Below are positions 29,500-38,804 of a DNA stretch of 64,000 bases, in pieces (the first letter of the stretch is position 1; the number at the start of each line of letters is the position of its first letter). The DNA comes from a virus, in IMG/VR virus record IMGVR_UViG_3300030116_004830, positions 23,651-87,650 of that record. One strand, 5' to 3'. The notes under the pieces were generated by a model. It did no database searches and was not told the DNA's origin. It worked only from the letters and a program-made list of their open reading frames with translations. The position numbers and the translations under genes are program-made.

Positions 29500-30987
29500 T
29501 TAGAGTTGTCCCTCCAATCTTTCAACTAGAGCGTTAATGTCGCTCCAATCCATCTTTGCGATTTCGTCACCATTAGGAATGTTAAGTTCTGCAACTGCTT
29601 CTTCTTGCTTACGAATTACAGTTTCTTCTTCTGCCTTTAGATTGTTAAGAAGGTCAGCGAATTGCTTTCTCAACTCAGTTACTTCTGCCTTAGCATCGTA
29701 GTTTGCCTTCTCAATTTCCTCGGTCTTAGCAACCATTTCAGAATTGAATCTTGCTTGGAATCCTTCCTTTACTTTATCAAAAGCCATCTTCTCAAGTTGT
29801 TCTGCCTTGAATTCAGCGTAAGCCTTCTCCAAGTTTTCAGCAGATAGGTCAAGAGTAGTTTGGTCTTCAAACTTAGCCATGTATTTGCTGTCCAATTGTG
29901 GATGAGCATCATCTACATATTCACCAGCGTTTCCTGCTTCTACTTGACCAGTAGCCAAATCAGGCTTTGACTTTCTTTCGGTATCCATGTATTCTCCACC
30001 CATACCTTTTTCGTCCATCATCTCTTTATCAGGCATATTAGGATTCATTGCTTCAACATCCTCTTCTGCGTTTTCAATTTCTTCTTCTTCTTTAGCAACC
30101 ATTTCTGTTCCCTCGGATGTTTTCTGATTTTTCTCTATGTTCTTATTAACGTTTTCTGCTGAATCCGTGTTTTCCATATCTTTCATAGCATTAAATTGGT
30201 CAACCATTTGTCTTAGTTCATCCTTTTCCATAATGCCTCTACCTAATACTCTTTCATATGGAGCCATCTCTACTTTACCAGTAGTGTTTTCCATATCTTC
30301 TTTCATAGCGTCAATTACATCTTTCTTCTTGTAATCCCCGCTAGTCAATACTTCAAGGTATTGCATTTTTACTACGCTTTCATTATTGTATGCGGAATTT
30401 GCCGCATCCAACGTCTTGTTCAGTTCTTCTAGTGCTTTGCTTATTGCATTCATTTTATCACCTTTATCCATTTTTAGTATATCGAATTTTGCTTCAGGGT
30501 TAATACCCTTTTCACAAATCGTTACTTCATGGAGTTCTAATTTGGAGATTTCATTGTATTCTCCGTATTCTTTGTGGGTCTTCTTTCTCTTTTCTAAGGC
30601 TTGACCCCCAATACTAAATGAGCGTAGAGAACCATCTCTGATTTCTCTACCAACCTCTTTTGCCTTTTCAATATCTTCTCTCATCTTAATGACGACAAAG
30701 AATCCAACATCGTCTACTTCTGTCTTGTAGAGTTTACCTGTCTTATCTCTGTAACTAGGAATAACTTCTCCTACTTGAACATTAGAATGATTAGTCATTA
30801 CGTTTCTAAACTTCGTAATTTTCATGTATTTGTTTACTGCTTCTTGTAGTGCATCAAGAGTAATAAGGTCGTTTTGCTTATCTACCATTTCAATAGAAGC
30901 ATAACCTCCAATGACTAAGTTATTGGATTTAAGGATGGTAAAGGGGTCATTTCTAATAGCGTTGATAGAAGTGACCGCACTACCCAT
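29500..30987 (-). CDS. Prohead protease fused to a scaffold domain
   Basis: IGGYAS..VDKQND, NHSN (His), SFSIGG (Ser), LHEVTIC; acidic coiled-coil C-terminus. Start placed at MGSAV. Confidence 0.9.
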   Translation of the reverse strand: MGSAVTSINAIRNDPFTILKSNNLVIGGYASIEMVDKQNDLITLDALQEAVNKYMKITKFRNVMTNHSNVQVGEVIPSYRDKTGKLYKTEVDDVGFFVVIKMREDIEKAKEVGREIRDGSLRSFSIGGQALEKRKKTHKEYGEYNEISKLELHEVTICEKGINPEAKFDILKMDKGDKMNAISKALEELNKTLDAANSAYNNESVVKMQYLEVLTSGDYKKKDVIDAMKEDMENTTGKVEMAPYERVLGRGIMEKDELRQMVDQFNAMKDMENTDSAENVNKNIEKNQKTSEGTEMVAKEEEEIENAEEDVEAMNPNMPDKEMMDEKGMGGEYMDTERKSKPDLATGQVEAGNAGEYVDDAHPQLDSKYMAKFEDQTTLDLSAENLEKAYAEFKAEQLEKMAFDKVKEGFQARFNSEMVAKTEEIEKANYDAKAEVTELRKQFADLLNNLKAEEETVIRKQEEAVAELNIPNGDEIAKMDWSDINALVERLEGQL

Positions 30988-31010
30988 GCGTGATACTTTT
31001 TTCACAATTT

Positions 31011-31023
31011 CTATATTAGGTTT
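31011..31023 (-). promoter_or_regulatory. Putative TATA-like promoter AAACCTAATATAG
   Basis: About 25 nt upstream of the protease ATG, i.e. archaeal spacing for a leaderless start. Confidence 0.5.
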
Positions 31024-31025
31024 GC

Positions 31026-33509
31026 CTAGAATTTTAATTTAGAATCCTTATCTTCTCTAATATCCCATAGTCCGTCATCAGTTTCAGGGTCCACAGGTTT
31101 CTGTTCTATTCCAGTCCAAGCAAGCCACTTATCTTCGCCCTTTATCGGTATAACTCTAACATGAAATTTAGTATCGAATTTATTTCCAGTTAAAATGTAT
31201 TCATGATAACCATGACGCTGAACCCCTAACTCTACTTTTCCTGAATCTATGAGTTTACCCGTTTCTATTTTCGTTACAACTTGTGCAGGGTATTTGCCTG
31301 ATTTACCGAATAGAGTAAAGATGTCGTCTTCGTTTTCTATCTCTATATCCCAACCAATAGTTTCGTCTGATAATTTGAATAAGATAGAAAGATGACCGTT
31401 ATCTTTGTAGTAGATTTTGAAATCACCATTACGGTATTCATCAGGGGTTTTATATTTTGATTTTAAAATGTCCTTTTCTAAAATATCAGGTTCAGCAAAA
31501 AATAATTTCTCTTCTTCATTGTAACCAATGTCTTCTAGATTCTTTAGATAATTCTTCAATCTTGTAGGTTTACTATCAAAGATATTGTTGTAAGGGGTTT
31601 TCTGTTTCTCATTAACGAACTGTTCTATCTTAGAAAACGGAGATTCGCCATTCTCTAAAAGATAATTTCTTATTGATACTCTAAATGCTCCCTTTTCTCT
31701 TTTAATCAGTTCTTCTATTTCTGTTTTCCAAACGTCAATATCAAGTAATGCATTCTTAGCCATTATATTATTTTCTTCAAAACCATAGAAAGTAAACCCA
31801 TCTAAATCAGATTTAATGATAGCAGTAGCATCACCATGAATAGTATCGCTTATACGAAATCCTTTCTCTAATGCTTCTATATCATAATTAAGAGATTTCT
31901 TAGTATCTTGAGATAATAGGTCTAAAGTGATTAATTTTTCAGGAAGTTCAACTTCGGGTATTTCTATTACTTTAGCCGAAAAGAGCGTGTATCCCTTTTC
32001 GTTTTTCTTTACTTCATCTATCTTTACACGAATAATACTTCCAACTTCAACATCTATTTTTGTATTTAACGCCTTACCAACATTAAGATATTCTCTATCG
32101 TTAATTGTCTTAGTGTCCGAATAATTATCTTTATCTGTTAATGGTCCTGCCCCTAAAGTATAGGTAAACATATTTGATTTAGTGGTTTTCTTATCTAAAA
32201 CCATCATATCTAAATCTACAAACTTTTTCCATTTAATCCATTTAGGGTTTTTCTTAGTTCCTATAAAGTAAGTGGAAGTTACATCTTTTATTACTACCCC
32301 TTCAGCAGTAGGAATCTCCATAATTTCTTTTGCATATTCTTCCACTTCTTTCACAGAATCAGCATAACGAGTATCCTTCTTAGAAGGGAACGCTAACTTT
32401 TCATGGGAATGTGTAGAATAATTATTGAATAGAATAGTCATTCTTTCTATGAGTTCTTTCTCATGTAACTCCTCACTTTCATGTCGCATTATGTCGAACA
32501 CATGCGCTCTTAATTCTGTATCAGATTTTTTGTCCTTAAAAATTCTAGCAACTACCTCTGCTCGGTGTAGGGCTTCCTTACCTTTGAATAATAGAAGTTC
32601 AGCATCGAGGATACAATCTCCAAAATGCTTGGCTTTCATCACCTTAACTTGTTCAGGACATTTCTTGGTAATGTCCTTACCGTTGAAAGAAAATATCTTG
32701 ATTTGATTATCTATCTTATGAATTTGAATTCTCATTCCATCATACTTTTCTTGGACTACCCATTTACCAGTAAATCCTCTTAACTGTTCTAAGTCATCAA
32801 TATCGAATATACGATACATCGGTTTGTTAGGAACCAAGAAATGTTCTTCCGCCTTCATCGCCTTTTCTAGGCTAACCGTCTTATCCCAATTTTTACGGCT
32901 ATGATGGTTCACAAATATTTCTTCTAACAATTTCTTAGCGCCTAAATATTTACCTTTGATTCTTTTTGTGTCTTTATCGTCACCATAATGTTCGACCACA
33001 AAATCTAGAATATCCTTTTCAGCAAGGTTTAGTCCCTTGAATCCCTCTGTAATACTATCGGGTTCCAAATCATTCTTTTCCCATGCCTCATCACTAAGGG
33101 CTTTATCGTGGTTTCTCATAGCCCAGTGAATAAATTTAGCAAATAGAGATTCGTTTTCTATTAGTTCATCTAATACATCTTCACCATATTTAGTAGAGAA
33201 TGGGTCCTTTACAATACCCGATGAATATCTCAATTCTTTAACTTGAGAATATATTTTTCTAGCATCATCACTTTCTACGTTTTCTGCCTCATCAGAGAAC
33301 AGTTCCTTTTCATTAATTATTTCTTTAATCTCTTTACTGAACTCATCAATGTCGTCCCATTGTTCTCTAAGTGTTTTAATTTCGCCTATCCATTTATCGC
33401 CGTATCTTTTCTTATCTGATAAAGCAGACAAGTAAGACATTCTCATTTTTTCAAAGAATTGAATTACTCTAAGGGTTAGAGGGTCATCTTTGATAACGGA
33501 AACAGGCAC
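31026..33509 (-). CDS. lig: ATP-dependent DNA ligase with extra N- and C-terminal domains
   Basis: Motif I QEKYDGMR, III ILDAEL, IIIa HVFDIM, IV EGVVIK, V WIKWK, plus OB fold. C-terminal domain resembles a degenerate LigD phosphoesterase. Confidence 0.9.
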   Translation of the reverse strand: MPVSVIKDDPLTLRVIQFFEKMRMSYLSALSDKKRYGDKWIGEIKTLREQWDDIDEFSKEIKEIINEKELFSDEAENVESDDARKIYSQVKELRYSSGIVKDPFSTKYGEDVLDELIENESLFAKFIHWAMRNHDKALSDEAWEKNDLEPDSITEGFKGLNLAEKDILDFVVEHYGDDKDTKRIKGKYLGAKKLLEEIFVNHHSRKNWDKTVSLEKAMKAEEHFLVPNKPMYRIFDIDDLEQLRGFTGKWVVQEKYDGMRIQIHKIDNQIKIFSFNGKDITKKCPEQVKVMKAKHFGDCILDAELLLFKGKEALHRAEVVARIFKDKKSDTELRAHVFDIMRHESEELHEKELIERMTILFNNYSTHSHEKLAFPSKKDTRYADSVKEVEEYAKEIMEIPTAEGVVIKDVTSTYFIGTKKNPKWIKWKKFVDLDMMVLDKKTTKSNMFTYTLGAGPLTDKDNYSDTKTINDREYLNVGKALNTKIDVEVGSIIRVKIDEVKKNEKGYTLFSAKVIEIPEVELPEKLITLDLLSQDTKKSLNYDIEALEKGFRISDTIHGDATAIIKSDLDGFTFYGFEENNIMAKNALLDIDVWKTEIEELIKREKGAFRVSIRNYLLENGESPFSKIEQFVNEKQKTPYNNIFDSKPTRLKNYLKNLEDIGYNEEEKLFFAEPDILEKDILKSKYKTPDEYRNGDFKIYYKDNGHLSILFKLSDETIGWDIEIENEDDIFTLFGKSGKYPAQVVTKIETGKLIDSGKVELGVQRHGYHEYILTGNKFDTKFHVRVIPIKGEDKWLAWTGIEQKPVDPETDDGLWDIREDKDSKLKF

Positions 33510-33519
33510 ACAGAATCAC

Positions 33520-33705
33520 CTACTTCTTTTTGTTAGCCCCTGCGTAATGCCTTTTACCAGCCTTTACGCTTTGGCCTTTAGCCTCATCAGAAAGATGACC
33601 TACTCCCAAGGGCTTAGTTTTATCCTTTTCACCTTTGGTTCTCTTGAGTTTCATTTCTTCGCCAATGACGAATTTCATTAGTTTTTCAGTGTATTCAGTG
33701 GTCAT
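33520..33705 (-). CDS. Small basic hypothetical protein
   Basis: In-operon ORF. Confidence 0.55.
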   Translation of the reverse strand: MTTEYTEKLMKFVIGEEMKLKRTKGEKDKTKPLGVGHLSDEAKGQSVKAGKRHYAGANKKK

Positions 33706-34082
33706 TTTGGTCCCTCCTTTATTGCTATTGCTTCAATTCCGTCAAAACTTGTATTTCTAATAGTCCAGCCTTCAGCACGATATATATCGGAAATTATTTG
33801 AAGAATGTATGACCTATTCCGACCGAGTTTATCTTGCCCGTCTTGTCCCATAAGATAAAATGGAGAATTGTTATTGGACAATCCCGTTTTATCTGCTGGT
33901 TCATTTCTAAAACCAATATATGTTTCTTTTCCTTCTAGCGCTGGTTGCGCTTGAACCAACGCTACTAATTTAGGTTCAATTACTGATTTCTCATACTCAG
34001 TAATCGCTTGTTTATGGTCTTCATCTCTAGCGGTCCTAGTGCCTAGGGGCATAGGCATTTTCAAAATATCTTTCCAATTCAT
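33702..34082 (-). CDS. Hypothetical protein with N-terminal MNWKDILK tag
   Basis: Shared N-terminal motif; GGAG RBS. Confidence 0.7.
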   Translation of the reverse strand: MNWKDILKMPMPLGTRTARDEDHKQAITEYEKSVIEPKLVALVQAQPALEGKETYIGFRNEPADKTGLSNNNSPFYLMGQDGQDKLGRNRSYILQIISDIYRAEGWTIRNTSFDGIEAIAIKEGPK

Positions 34083-34083
34083 T

Positions 34084-34320
34084 TTACTCTCCTCCTAATC
34101 TTGCTACTAAGTCATTAATTTCATCCCAACTCATCTTAGCAATTGTATCTGAATCAGGAACATCACTATGAGTTCTGATTGCAGGAGTTGGCGAGTCCAC
34201 AGTAACAATACCCGACTTAACTAAGATATTATCATTGTTATAAACTGTATTTTCTATTTTCTTAATTCTACCTACTAATTCCTTTAGCAGGTCTACCATT
34301 TCATTATTCTCTTCCGTCAT
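34084..34320 (-). CDS. Small protein whose C-terminus mimics the scaffold C-terminus
   Basis: VPDSDTIAKMSWDEINDLVARL versus scaffold IPNGDEIAKMDWSDINALVERL. Confidence 0.7.
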   Translation of the reverse strand: MTEENNEMVDLLKELVGRIKKIENTVYNNDNILVKSGIVTVDSPTPAIRTHSDVPDSDTIAKMSWDEINDLVARLGGE

Positions 34321-34661
34321 TATTCATCATCCCTTAAACTTCTAGCGCTCTTTGGATATACTACTTTTCTTACTTGGCGATACAACTGTTCGTATTGCTT
34401 ACGAAGTTTGCTGGCAGTAGCGACCATATCAACATTCTGTTCACTGATGGACTTTACTTTCTTTTGTAGTTTAGAGTCATCCTTCACCAAATCTAGTTCA
34501 CTCATCATATCAATGAGTTCTCCTAACTTGGTAAAATCCTGACCAAAATACTCTGTAGGTTCAGCCGCTTGGAGTGTCTTTTTGAGTTTCTTTTTCTTCT
34601 TAGAATCAAGAGCATTGAGGATTTTGCTTTCCTCTTTGATTAGCATATCTTCCCAAGTCAT
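34320..34661 (-). CDS. Hypothetical protein with MTWEDMLIK tag
   Basis: Shared N-terminal motif. Confidence 0.7.
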   Translation of the reverse strand: MTWEDMLIKEESKILNALDSKKKKKLKKTLQAAEPTEYFGQDFTKLGELIDMMSELDLVKDDSKLQKKVKSISEQNVDMVATASKLRKQYEQLYRQVRKVVYPKSARSLRDDE

Positions 34662-34662
34662 A

Positions 34663-35313
34663 TTAATCCCTATATCCTAATGACCTTGCATTTGCGGCAA
34701 ATCTATGACCCGCCATTTCTCCTCTAAACTCCCTTTGTTCTTCTTCGGACATATCGCCCCAATCTTCTTCATATTGAGCATATTCCTTGAAGGCCTTCAA
34801 AATAGCCTGAACAAAATCTCTTACGCCCTGTCTACTATTATCCCATCCTTTGAGGTCAATCTTAACATCAATTTTCTTTTTGCCTCCTTGGGTAGCCAAC
34901 TCAATATCATGTATCTTGAAACTATTAATAGCGAGTCGACCATAATCAGGATTTCTTGGATTATAGTATAAATCATAATTATCGGGCAAATACCTGATAG
35001 TCATTTTATCTGAACCAAAACCTTGACGATAAGCATAAGGTTCATCCATATCGGTAATAATTAATTCGTGGCCAAAGGTTTCTTGTCCATAAGAGCCGTC
35101 ATAATCTTCCATTTCTTCATCAGACAAAGTAGTAAATTCTCGATATTTCATTTTCTTCTTATCTTTTTCAGTCATCCAAGACATATTCTCATAGTGGTCG
35201 CTATATTTAATCTCAAAACCTAATGCCTCTAAACTACTAATTACTTGGTCGCCAAATTCACTAATCTTCATATTGCTTAAATTGTCGTATTTCAAAATAT
35301 CTTTCCAACTCAT
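34663..35313 (-). CDS. Hypothetical protein with MSWKDILK tag
   Basis: Start reassigned to the tag Met after GAGGTG. Confidence 0.7.
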   Translation of the reverse strand: MSWKDILKYDNLSNMKISEFGDQVISSLEALGFEIKYSDHYENMSWMTEKDKKKMKYREFTTLSDEEMEDYDGSYGQETFGHELIITDMDEPYAYRQGFGSDKMTIRYLPDNYDLYYNPRNPDYGRLAINSFKIHDIELATQGGKKKIDVKIDLKGWDNSRQGVRDFVQAILKAFKEYAQYEEDWGDMSEEEQREFRGEMAGHRFAANARSLGYRD

Positions 35314-35314
35314 T

Positions 35315-35635
35315 TTAAGCACCTCTATATCTATAATCATAACTGTAATTATCCGACTCTTTATCTGATTGAACTCTTCTTAAATTCTTTTTAGATAAGA
35401 AAAACCATGAAGATGCATTCATATTTCCATCCATATTTCCTTCATCTATCCCTAATGGTTTAGCAATTTCTCTTGCTATTTTCCAACTTGTTCTAGGTAA
35501 AACAAAATCTACTTTCTCTTCAGGATATTGTTCCCGATACTTTTCAGAAACAACTTTCACACCATTTTTTGATTTTTTCCATGCTTCACGAATAGCATCA
35601 TAATCGTTACTTTTTAGTATATCTTCCCAAGTCAT
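35315..35635 (-). CDS. Hypothetical protein with MTWEDILK tag
   Basis: Shared N-terminal motif. Confidence 0.7.
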   Translation of the reverse strand: MTWEDILKSNDYDAIREAWKKSKNGVKVVSEKYREQYPEEKVDFVLPRTSWKIAREIAKPLGIDEGNMDGNMNASSWFFLSKKNLRRVQSDKESDNYSYDYRYRGA

Positions 35636-35636
35636 T

Positions 35637-36716
35637 TTAATTTCTCCTAATTGTTTTACCTGCCATTAAATCCTCTAACTCTTGTCTTTCCCTTTCTGCT
35701 TGGGCTTCTCTTTCTTCAAAGGTTAGACCTTCTTCTTGTCTAGAGGGTCTTTCGGTTTCTCTTTCTTCAATGGCCCTTCTCATTGCCGCATCTTCAGCAG
35801 TTGCTAAATCCATAAGAACATCTCTTCCTCTTGTAGTAACCATATACCAAATATCATTTCTTGCATTTAGAATATCTCTCTGCTGTTTAATATCCGCCAA
35901 GGTTACACCAGTGTTTTGTGAATAAGCATAAAGTAAAGCATCAATAAAAGGCTCTTTGATTCTACCCTTTGTATGATGATTAAATTCAATAGGTTCATTC
36001 AAAAGATTGTAAACTTTTTGTCTCAATTTCTTAATATCAGATTGAGGCATACGAGCAGTTTTTTCTGCATATATAGGTGATGCCGTTTCTCTAAGTTCAG
36101 CAACATCGTATTTATTCTTAATAACTTCAGATAGGTTTCTTTCAAATCTATCATCGTGAATAAAATCTCCATCGAAATCTAATTTAGCATCTTGTAATGC
36201 ATCCCTAAGTTCAGTTAATTTATCAATTCCCCTTTCTAGTTGTTTATCTTCCTTAACCCTAGAAAAGGTAGCGCCTTTCCCTGCTCCCTGTGTAACCTTT
36301 TGTTTGGGAGTTTTCTGAGAATCCATAATATCAGATAGTAAATCTTGAAGCCCCGTCATAATTGGTTTCATGATAGTAGGTTCAATTTCACTCCCTTTGA
36401 TAGCATTAAGCAATGCTCTAACATTAGATTCTCTTACACTAGCAAAATAAGGGTCATTACTTTGTTTACCCTCTTTTATTCCTAGTAGCAGTGACTTTGG
36501 GGAACCCAGTTTATTCATATCAGTTTCACTGTCTAGTAGATTTTCAATAGCAGTAAATAATTGATTAGACATCTTAGGTTGATTAGTCCTTTGCATACTC
36601 TGAAGAAGTTCTCTCCAAGATTTACCGTCCTGTTTTAGAATATCTTCTAAATAGCACTTCAACATAATGAACGGGTCATTAGTTTTCAGAAGTTTTGCCT
36701 TTAGAAGTGTTCCCAT
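35637..36716 (-). CDS. Hypothetical head-module protein (359 aa)
   Basis: LLKA / LLKT / DILK motifs near the N-terminus; helical and charged. Confidence 0.6.
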   Translation of the reverse strand: MGTLLKAKLLKTNDPFIMLKCYLEDILKQDGKSWRELLQSMQRTNQPKMSNQLFTAIENLLDSETDMNKLGSPKSLLLGIKEGKQSNDPYFASVRESNVRALLNAIKGSEIEPTIMKPIMTGLQDLLSDIMDSQKTPKQKVTQGAGKGATFSRVKEDKQLERGIDKLTELRDALQDAKLDFDGDFIHDDRFERNLSEVIKNKYDVAELRETASPIYAEKTARMPQSDIKKLRQKVYNLLNEPIEFNHHTKGRIKEPFIDALLYAYSQNTGVTLADIKQQRDILNARNDIWYMVTTRGRDVLMDLATAEDAAMRRAIEERETERPSRQEEGLTFEEREAQAERERQELEDLMAGKTIRRN

Positions 36717-36725
36717 GTTATCGCC

Positions 36726-36956
36726 TCAAAAGAACGGAATGTTTTCTTTCTTTAGTTTCTTTCTCTTAGGATTATGAATAACATTAGGAACATCAGCAGT
36801 TTTAGGTTCAGGCCTATCCTTTTCCTTCTTTAGTTGCATAGGAGTTAGAACAGGTTTCGACTCTCTTGCTTTTTCTTTCTGCGCTAGAATCCTTTCGGCC
36901 CTAACAAGTTCCTTTCTCATTTTATTTGTTTCTTCTCTTGTAACCATATTATTCAC
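36726..36956 (-). CDS. Small basic hypothetical protein
   Basis: In-operon ORF. Confidence 0.55.
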   Translation of the reverse strand: MNNMVTREETNKMRKELVRAERILAQKEKARESKPVLTPMQLKKEKDRPEPKTADVPNVIHNPKRKKLKKENIPFF

Positions 36957-37144
36957 CTATTTGCTATTTTTTCCATCATATCTATTAATTCGCCTTCTAA
37001 TTCAGGGGCAGAATAATGTCTTTCTAACAATTTATTCATAGCCATCATTTTCAATTTCTCATATTTAGGTAAATGCATCAATTCAGAATCTAATTCACCA
37101 ACATAATCAAATTTCTCTTTCTTTATTACATCTTCCCAATTCAT
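36953..37144 (-). CDS. Hypothetical protein with MNWEDVIK tag
   Basis: Shared N-terminal motif. Confidence 0.65.
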   Translation of the reverse strand: MNWEDVIKKEKFDYVGELDSELMHLPKYEKLKMMAMNKLLERHYSAPELEGELIDMMEKIANR

Positions 37145-37145
37145 A

Positions 37146-38804
37146 TCATCCAACTCTCCTTTCAGTCCTTCTATCTACGTTATTGTTAGCCGCTTCCTTG
37201 GGTAAGCCTGTAGCCCGATTAGGTGGCCCTACACTCATCTTAGGTTTAGGACTTGCGCCTTTTACCTTAGCAGGTTGCCCTGCTTGTTCCATTGTTGGTT
37301 TAGTTCCAGCCTCCATCATTTGACCTAATTGTGATTGGTCAATATCTGTTCCCGCATAAGGGTCAGATTCAAACTTTTCATCTTCTGATTGTCCTTCTCC
37401 TTCTGCTTCGGGTTGGGGTTCAGGTTTCTTGTAAATGAACTTACCATTTTCATCCATATCAACTTCAAATCCTAAATTTTTAATTTGACCAGCAATATTA
37501 ACTTCAATTTCTCTTTTTCTCATTTTAGCAATTTCATCCTCTTCTTCGGAAGGTGGTAGAATTATATCCCAGTCAGTAATACCGAACTGCTTAATCACAA
37601 ACGGGAACACATATTTGTTCCATACATTTTGAGCCATTTCTACAGCCCTATTGGTAACAAGTATTTGCATACCTTCATTGTTTAATCCACCACTGGTAGA
37701 ATTATCCGCCATGAAGATTTTACTTACACCATAGAAAGCGGCGACTCTATCTCTCAAATCTTCCTTAACAGAAATATAATCCATTTCCTTTAGAGAATCC
37801 ATGAACTTAACCCATTCAACAGAACCTCTACCGTTTTCTGCTTCTATTCCCATTACAGGAATAAAGTGAGCATCCTGTTCCATCTTTTCTTTAACGCCTC
37901 TCCAAAAGGTCTTCATCGAATCTATGTTTCTTGTTTGAACAGCCAGTAAACCTCTAGGCATTCTAGCCTTTGTATATGCTTGATTAATATAATTCTCCAT
38001 AGCAATTAATGTAGTTAGATGATTAAACATTGTAATGACTGGACTAGTTCCATAGAGCCTACTTGGTTTATATTTGCTAAAGTGTAAAACCTCTCCTTTA
38101 ATGAAATTCTGAGCCTCCCCATGTCCTCTGTTTACATAATGAACAGGATACAAATCTCCTCCACATTCCCCACATTTCTCATGAGGATTATCTGCCATTA
38201 CATGTCTATGGTGTAAACAAGTAAACGATGAAGCCCCTTTGTTACCATCATCATCACAAGTAATAGCCATAGTAACTGGGTCGCCACGATACATTTCTTT
38301 GATTCTATGCGCTCTAATATTTCCATTACCATCAATGAAATATTCCTTGACTAGAACTAAGTAAGCATCATCCATAATATTGAGGTCATCTTCTAATTCC
38401 TTTAGAACATCAATAAACATCTGTTCCGATTGATTAACATAACTACTGCCCATGAATTTATTAGCATACAATTTTTGTTTCATATCAGGTTTTCTTAAAT
38501 TAGTAGAACCGCAATTTGCACATTCATTAGTTGTCTCTTCGTGTTCATGTCCACAATCATTACACTTTACTGCAAATCTAGGACTCCACTCATAGCCTCT
38601 TCTAAAAATTTCATTCTTTAATTGAGTAATACAAGTCCTAAGAATAACTGAACTATCAGCAATATGATAGATGATAGGTCCAGTCATCTGCAAAGGATGA
38701 TGTCTTTCTTGTATCCCCATTTGGTAAACTTCTCTATCAGCAGGAACAGGAGTTGTTCTCCTAAAGAAATTAGTAATAGAAAATCTTCTTTTTTCTTCTA
38801 CCAT
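37146..38804 (-). CDS. Portal protein with zinc-ribbon insertions
   Basis: GEVLHF..YKP..LYGTSP, MPRGLL and RVAAFYGV portal motifs; CxxC pairs (CNDC/CANC, CLHH/CGEC). Confidence 0.85.
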   Translation of the reverse strand: MVEEKRRFSITNFFRRTTPVPADREVYQMGIQERHHPLQMTGPIIYHIADSSVILRTCITQLKNEIFRRGYEWSPRFAVKCNDCGHEHEETTNECANCGSTNLRKPDMKQKLYANKFMGSSYVNQSEQMFIDVLKELEDDLNIMDDAYLVLVKEYFIDGNGNIRAHRIKEMYRGDPVTMAITCDDDGNKGASSFTCLHHRHVMADNPHEKCGECGGDLYPVHYVNRGHGEAQNFIKGEVLHFSKYKPSRLYGTSPVITMFNHLTTLIAMENYINQAYTKARMPRGLLAVQTRNIDSMKTFWRGVKEKMEQDAHFIPVMGIEAENGRGSVEWVKFMDSLKEMDYISVKEDLRDRVAAFYGVSKIFMADNSTSGGLNNEGMQILVTNRAVEMAQNVWNKYVFPFVIKQFGITDWDIILPPSEEEDEIAKMRKREIEVNIAGQIKNLGFEVDMDENGKFIYKKPEPQPEAEGEGQSEDEKFESDPYAGTDIDQSQLGQMMEAGTKPTMEQAGQPAKVKGASPKPKMSVGPPNRATGLPKEAANNNVDRRTERRVG

